A DNA stretch of 40,164 bases, from NCBI RefSeq assembly GCF_004010195.1, contig NC_057751.1, positions 16,678,724-16,718,887 of the forward strand, in the 5' to 3' direction. Origin of the DNA: Chiloscyllium plagiosum. Taxonomy: Eukaryota. A program made the position numbers and the translations under genes. Position 1 is the stretch's first letter, and every line of letters begins with the position of its first letter. A model generated the notes under the pieces. It was not told the DNA's origin. It saw only the letters and a program-made list of their open reading frames with translations, and made no database searches. Below, piece by piece: positions 34,737 through 40,164 of this stretch.

Positions 34737-35166
34737 GTAAGTCCCCGTCTCCCTCTCTCTCTCTCGCCCTCTTTTTTTTTTTTCTCTAGGGAGCATTCCC
34801 CCACCCCTCACCCACCACCCGACGAGGCTCAAGGGGAGACATCGCCAGGGACAGTGTAGAGAGGGAGAGTTGTCGCCGTTACGGAAGGGGGTCAGGTATG
34901 AGAGGCTGTGGATGGAAGGCAAGCGGGGGGTGGGGGGGGGGTGGGCTTAAGGGTTTGAGGTACCCTGCCCCTGACCACAGGCACATTGGAGTGCAGCTGT
35001 GGCCCCCTACAAGATTGGGGGGACCGGCTGAAGGTGAAAGGGTCACACAAGCTCACTGGGAGCGGGCAGGGGTCGGGGGAAACGGGATGGGCGTTAGTGT
35101 CTCTCTGAGAGCTGGGCCGGATATGATGGGTCTCGTTCAGGGCTGTGTGTGTCCATAATAATGGAG

Positions 35167-35690
35167 TTTTCTCTCTGCCTCTCTCTGTTTCATTGTGTCT
35201 CTCTGCCTCTCTGCCTTCCTGTCTCTCTCTGTCTCTCTGTCTCTCTGTCTCTCTGTCTCTCTGTCTCTCTGTCTCTCTGTCTCTCTGTCTCTCTGTCTCT
35301 CTGTCTCTCTGTCTCTCTGTCTCTCTGTCTCTCTGTCTCTCTGTCTCTCTGTCTCTCTGTCTCTCTGTCTCTCTGTCTCTCTGTCTCTCTGTCTCTCTGT
35401 CTCTCTGTCTCTCTGTCTCTCTGTCTCTCTGTCTCTCTGTCTCTCTGTCTCTCTGTCTCTCTGTCTCTCTGTCTCTCTGTCTCTCTGTCTCTCTGTCTCT
35501 CTGTCTCTCTGTCTCTCTGTCTCTCTGTCTCTCTGTCTCTCTGTCTCTCTGTCTCTCTGTCTCTCTGTCTCTCTGTCTCTCTGTCTCTCTGTCTCTCTGT
35601 CTCTCTGTCTCTCTGTCTCTCTGTCTCTCTGTCTCTCTGTCTCTCTGTCTCTCTGTCTCTCTGTCTCTCTGTCTCTCTGTCTCTCTGTCT

Positions 35691-35731
<41 letters not shown>
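35167..35731 (+). repeat. (CTCTCTGT)n plus (CT)n microsatellite forming the pyrimidine tract of GGCX intron 3
   Basis: About 59 perfect 8-mers from 35221 to 35690, then (CT)n up to the acceptor. Confidence 0.98.
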
Positions 35732-35735
<4 letters not shown>

Positions 35736-35741
35736 TTGCAG

Positions 35742-35907
35742 GGGCCCTGGGCATTATGCTGGGCTGTTTCTACCGGCTGTCGTGCCTTATGTTCCTCATC
35801 CCCTACTGGTACAATTTCTTCCTCGATAAGACGGCCTGGAACAACCACTCCTACCTGTACGGCCTCATTGGCTTCCAGCTCACCCTGATGGACGCCAACC
35901 GATACTG
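35742..35907 (+). CDS. GGCX: GGCX exon 4 (166 nt)
   Basis: Acceptor tctttgcag| and donor TG|GTAAGG. Encodes [55 protein letters not shown] with the HTTM-domain WNNHSYL motif. Confidence 0.97.
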
Positions 35908-36079
35908 GTAAGGGAGCTGGGGACCCTGGCTCCGATGGGGAGCTGCCTATCCCCTCCTCCTTATCTATGAAGACTCTTTTCTGAGCGATCGCTGACCTGT
36001 GCAACTCGCAAAGATGTTTTCTGAATAAAACGTGAAGTGAAATTTGGTTAACGCAAACATGGTACTAAGCTCCCTGATT

Positions 36080-36789
36080 TAGAGTTATTACAGCACAGAA
36101 ACCGACCCTTTGGCCTAACTCGCCGACCAGTTATCCTAACCGAATCGAGTCCCATTTAGTCATAGAGTCGGACAGCACGGAAACAGACCCTTCGGTCCAA
36201 CCCGTCCATGCTGACCCAGATATCCCAATCCAACCTAGTCCCACCTGCCAGCACCCGGCCCATATCCCTCCAAACCCTTCCTATTCATATACCCATCCAG
36301 ATGCCTTTTAAATGCTGTCATTGTACCAGCCTCCACCACATCCTCTGGCAGCTCATTCCATACACGTACCACCCTCTGTGTGAAAAAGTTACCCCTTAGC
36401 TCCCTTTTATATCTTTCCCCTCTCATCCTAAACCTATGCCCCTCTAGTTCTGGACTCCCCCACCCCAGGGGAAAAGACCTTGTTTATTTACCCTATCCAT
36501 ACCCCCTCATGATTTTATAAACCTCGATAAGGTCACCCCTCAGCCTCCGACGCTCCAGGGAAAACAGCCCCAGCCTCTTTCAATGCTCAAACCCTCCAAA
36601 GTCCTTGTAAATGTTTTCCACACCCTTTCAAGTTTAATGAAATCTTTCTTTCACAATATTCCAACAGTGGCCTAACCAATGTCCTGTACAGCCGCAACAT
36701 GACCTCCCAACTCCTGTACTCAATACTCTGACCAATAAAGGAAAGCATACCAAACGCCTTCTTCACTATCCTATCTACCTGCAACTCCA
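36080..36789 (-). mobile_element. CR1 3' fragments ending at a gap
   Basis: Standard ORF2 C-terminal motifs; two tails at 36080 and 36158. Confidence 0.9.
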
Positions 36790-37290
36790 NNNNNNNNNNN
36801 NNNNNNNNNNNNNNNNNNNNNNNNNNNNNNNNNNNNNNNNNNNNNNNNNNNNNNNNNNNNNNNNNNNNNNNNNNNNNNNNNNNNNNNNNNNNNNNNNNNN
36901 NNNNNNNNNNNNNNNNNNNNNNNNNNNNNNNNNNNNNNNNNNNNNNNNNNNNNNNNNNNNNNNNNNNNNNNNNNNNNNNNNNNNNNNNNNNNNNNNNNNN
37001 NNNNNNNNNNNNNNNNNNNNNNNNNNNNNNNNNNNNNNNNNNNNNNNNNNNNNNNNNNNNNNNNNNNNNNNNNNNNNNNNNNNNNNNNNNNNNNNNNNNN
37101 NNNNNNNNNNNNNNNNNNNNNNNNNNNNNNNNNNNNNNNNNNNNNNNNNNNNNNNNNNNNNNNNNNNNNNNNNNNNNNNNNNNNNNNNNNNNNNNNNNNN
37201 NNNNNNNNNNNNNNNNNNNNNNNNNNNNNNNNNNNNNNNNNNNNNNNNNNNNNNNNNNNNNNNNNNNNNNNNNNNNNNNNNNNNNNNNNC
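36790..37290. other. Assembly gap (~500 N)
   Basis: Run of N. Confidence 1.
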
Positions 37291-37784
37291 ATAGGGTCAA
37301 TGTGGACTCTACCAGTTTTTTCAATTCCTTTTCCCCCACCTTATCCCCGATCCAACCTTCCAACTCGGTCCCTAAAAAGCAACGGACTCCGTGCTGACTG
37401 CAGCTTTCAGAAGCGAACTGGCCGCGGAATACTGGTTGGTAAGGATCAGGCCGAATCGAACAGAGTAGCAGAACGTGCTCAAGGGGCTGCATAACCCTGA
37501 TGTTCACTGCCCGACATTGTATCGGTCTGATCCTCCGAGCAGCCTGGCCTGCTGTACCAGCGAGCCTCTGCACCTACTTTCACAGCCATCCCCACAGACT
37601 GACAGATGGGGAGCCCCGCAGTCTGGACAGCGGAGTGATTTTCATCCAGCCCAATCAAATCAAGAGAGGGAAGGGATGTGCATTCCTACGACCCAGCATA
37701 TTTACCGAATCTTCCAGCTGGGAAGAACACTCTCTGTTTTATACAAGACACGTTAAACCCCCCCAAACGTTGGGTCACGCTCAC

Positions 37785-37866
37785 CGATTGATCGTGTCCA
37801 GATAGGGACAGTGCCTGCTTCGGTCATCCTCCTCTTCCTGAGGGTGTAATCTCGCGATCTTGGAGG
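37785..37866 (-). CDS. USP39: USP39 (U4/U6.U5 tri-snRNP-associated protein 2) exon 2, start of the ZnF-UBP domain
   Basis: Minus strand: cctttgcctttctgtgttgtag|CC TCC AAG...ATC AAT CG|GTGAGC. Translates SKIARLHPQEEEDDRSRHCPYLDTINR, matching human DSEDRRSRHCPYLDTINR. Phase 1 to phase 2. Too short to appear in the ORF track. Confidence 0.93.
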
Positions 37867-38329
37867 CTACAACACAGAAAGGCAAAGGACGGACACTGTT
37901 AATATGCACCTCCTTGGGACACTGTCTCGCAGCCCACTGCTAAATCGAGCGAAGTCGAACGGGGCAGGCAATTAGCGCAAGGGACAACAAGGTGAGTTGA
38001 TGTGTGGGAGACCCATCGAACGATGCCACGGGATCACAGAAACCAGGAGGGGGAGTAGGCCGTTCAACTCTCCGAGTCTGCTTCCTGCCCACGTCGGCAA
38101 CTTTCAGAATAACTTTAAGCGTCAAAATTAAGTGATTCACTCACTTGGGGGAGGTTAAGGGATGCGCAGGGAGCAGACCGGGCCTGAACGAGACGTAGAC
38201 CGAGTGTCCGGTAGGCGCAAGAACGAAAATGGGTTCTGAAACTTGGGTCGCTTGTTTCCGGCCCAACTTGGCTATCGTTAATAGCAGGTTTTATTAATTG
38301 TAAAAATTAAATCATTAGTGGTTAATCAC

Positions 38330-38960
38330 GATGGGCAGGGCAGCTGCAGTAGGCAGGAGGCGGTTGATGCCAGTACAATCAGTCACTGCAGCCTGAGGAT
38401 TTTCAGCTTCGAGTCGATGAGCTGGAGGCTGAGCTACAGATACAGCAGGGTTGGTGTAAGCTCCTTACAGAAGGCAGGCATAACCCCGTGGGGTTGACTC
38501 ACCGGATTTAACAAAACCGGAAAAATGTGAGCAGGTAAGGTGGCATTGTGATACAGGGAGCCATTCAAGTCTGCCGGACGTAAATAGGAATGCTGGGGCA
38601 GTACAGTCAGGGTAGTCTGCAATTAGAGTCCAGAAGACTGCACTGCATTGCCTATTGCCAGGGTCAGGACGCCTGATCAGAGCTGGAGAGGCATTTGTAA
38701 TGGTAGGAGCAGGGATCCAATTGGTGTGACTCACACGGGTAACAAGACAGTAGCATGACTAGGGAAGGGGACGACGACCAGCTAGGGACTCGATTAGAAA
38801 TCAGAACCTCAAAAGTATTAAGTCGAGGTTACCTGAGCCATGAGCAAATTGGCATAGGGCTAAGATTAGTGTGATAAAGGTGTGGCTTCAAGATCTACGT
38901 AGGAGAAGCAGGTTATTAGAGGGGTAAGGTGACAAGCAGGGTAGCTATTTGGGTAATGAT
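38330..38960 (+). mobile_element. Degraded CR1 ORF1 (coiled coil plus SGNH esterase domain)
   Basis: Frames give EDFQLRVDELEAELQ, ESRRLHC, LPIARVR, DPIGVTHTGN, QLGTRLEIRTSKV and PEP*ANWHR...VWLQD, which follow the CR1 ORF1 esterase pattern. Confidence 0.7.
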
Positions 38961-38989
38961 GATCAGCGTGTGGTAAGAAGGCAGAACAT

Positions 38990-39261
38990 GGGTGGCACCG
39001 CTGCCTCACAGCACCAGGGACCCCGGTTCGATTCCAGCCTCGGGGTGACTGTCTGTGTGAAGTTTGCACGTTCTCCCCGTGTCTGCGTGGGTTTCCTCCC
39101 ACAGTCCAACAATGTGCAAGCCAGGTGAATTGGCTAAAGTGCTTTAGTCAGGGGTAAATATAGGGTAGGGGAATGGGTCTGGGTGGGTTACTCTGCGGAG
39201 GGTCAGAGTGGACCCGTTGGGCCAAATGGCCTGTTTCTGGACTGTAGTAAATCTAATCTAA
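38990..39261 (+). mobile_element. HE1-type SINE with internal deletions
   Basis: B-box GGTTCGATTCC, V-domain and AATCTAATCT tail. Confidence 0.85.
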
Positions 39262-39817
39262 TATGAAGCTCAAAGTGCACCAAGCAACGGTACACCAAAT
39301 AACAGCGTATGTAATGACTAATGAAGCCAAGCGAAGCATCACTCTGAATGTACCAACACCACCACCATTAGTCACTCTCTGCAAGCCAACAGCCCTACAC
39401 CTGATACAACCTCTACCCGCCTCACCCCCTCCACCCCTCGACTGTGCCAGGTGGCACCATGGTACTGCAAATACATCAAATGCACTGCCCCACCAACTCA
39501 GGTGGCATCCTGACATGTGCCAACAACCCTCCCTGAGCTGGACGGCACCATGAACTGCGCCTACCACCCTCCCCCAAGCGAGGGGGCACTGCGACCTGTG
39601 CCAACAATCTCTCACAAGCCAGTTGGCACTGCAAGCGGTGCTAACAACTCTTCCCATGCTAGATGGCATGGCAATCTGTGTCAGGTGGTACTGCGACGTG
39701 CCCCTAAAGCTCTCCATGAGCTGGATGACACTGAAAGCTGCACTATCTACACTTCCTGAGTCAGGAAGGCATTGCAAACTTTGCCAAAAAACCTCCCTGA
39801 GTCAGGGAGGGCACCGC

Positions 39818-40164
39818 AAGCTGTACCAACAAACCCTGACAAGCTGGAAGGGGTGGGAGGGGGGGGCACCGTGAGCTGTGCTAACAAATACTGCTTAGCC
39901 ATTGGGTGGGGGGGGCAACATGAGCTGTGCCAACAAACCCTGCTTAGCCAATAGGGAGGCAACTTGAGCTGTGCCAACAAACCCTGCTTAGCCAATGGGG
40001 GTGCACCACGTGTTGTGCCAACAAACCCTGCAGAGCCAATGTGGGGGAGGGGGTGCAACGTGAGCCGTGCCACCAACTCCTGCTGAGCCAATGTGGGAGG
40101 GGGAGCTGTGGCCAACAAACCCAGCCGAGCCAATGTGGGAGGGGGAGTTGTGCCAACAAACCCT
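39818..40164 (+). repeat. Minisatellite with a ~30-bp core and G-rich linkers (period 42-55 bp)
   Basis: GAGCTGTGCCAACAAACCCTGCTTAGCCAAT core, about 8 copies, running off the window edge. Confidence 0.9.

Noticed and set aside
34892..36004. Long ORFs with (ETERQRDR)n or (SLCLSVSL)n
   Set aside because: Microsatellite read-through. Only 35742-35907 is coding (GGCX exon 4).
39818..40164. Repeat-spacer pattern resembling a CRISPR array
   Set aside because: Vertebrate DNA, no cas genes, degenerate repeats, and short related G-rich linkers rather than unique spacers.

Overview
Vertebrate genomic DNA, almost certainly from a shark (inferred from HE1-type V-SINEs, CR1/HER1-type LINEs and shark-type Penelope fragments). 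It is dominated by nested retroelements and has three N gaps. The + strand carries GGCX (vitamin K-dependent gamma-glutamyl carboxylase): a probable exon 1 at 24414-24450 and clear exons at 26184-26369, 34578-34736 and 35742-35907, with consistent splice phases. Right of the last ~500-N gap, an 82-nt minus-strand exon encodes the USP39 motif RSRHCPYLDTINR. No other USP39 exon and no GGCX exon 5 were seen, which points to a scaffolding problem or interleaved genes. Main observations: (1) the GGCX exon 4 acceptor has no adenosine for 547 nt upstream, implying a distant branch point; (2) short Penelope-derived inserts with target-site duplications carry minimal hammerhead ribozyme cores; (3) a non-autonomous composite retroposon family has a YY1-like head, a pyrimidine tract, an expandable VNTR and a LINE-like tail, and one such tail has expanded into a satellite-III-like (GGAAT)n array; (4) there may be a spliced transcript running divergently from the GGCX promoter. 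Repeat names and boundaries were read by eye and are approximate.
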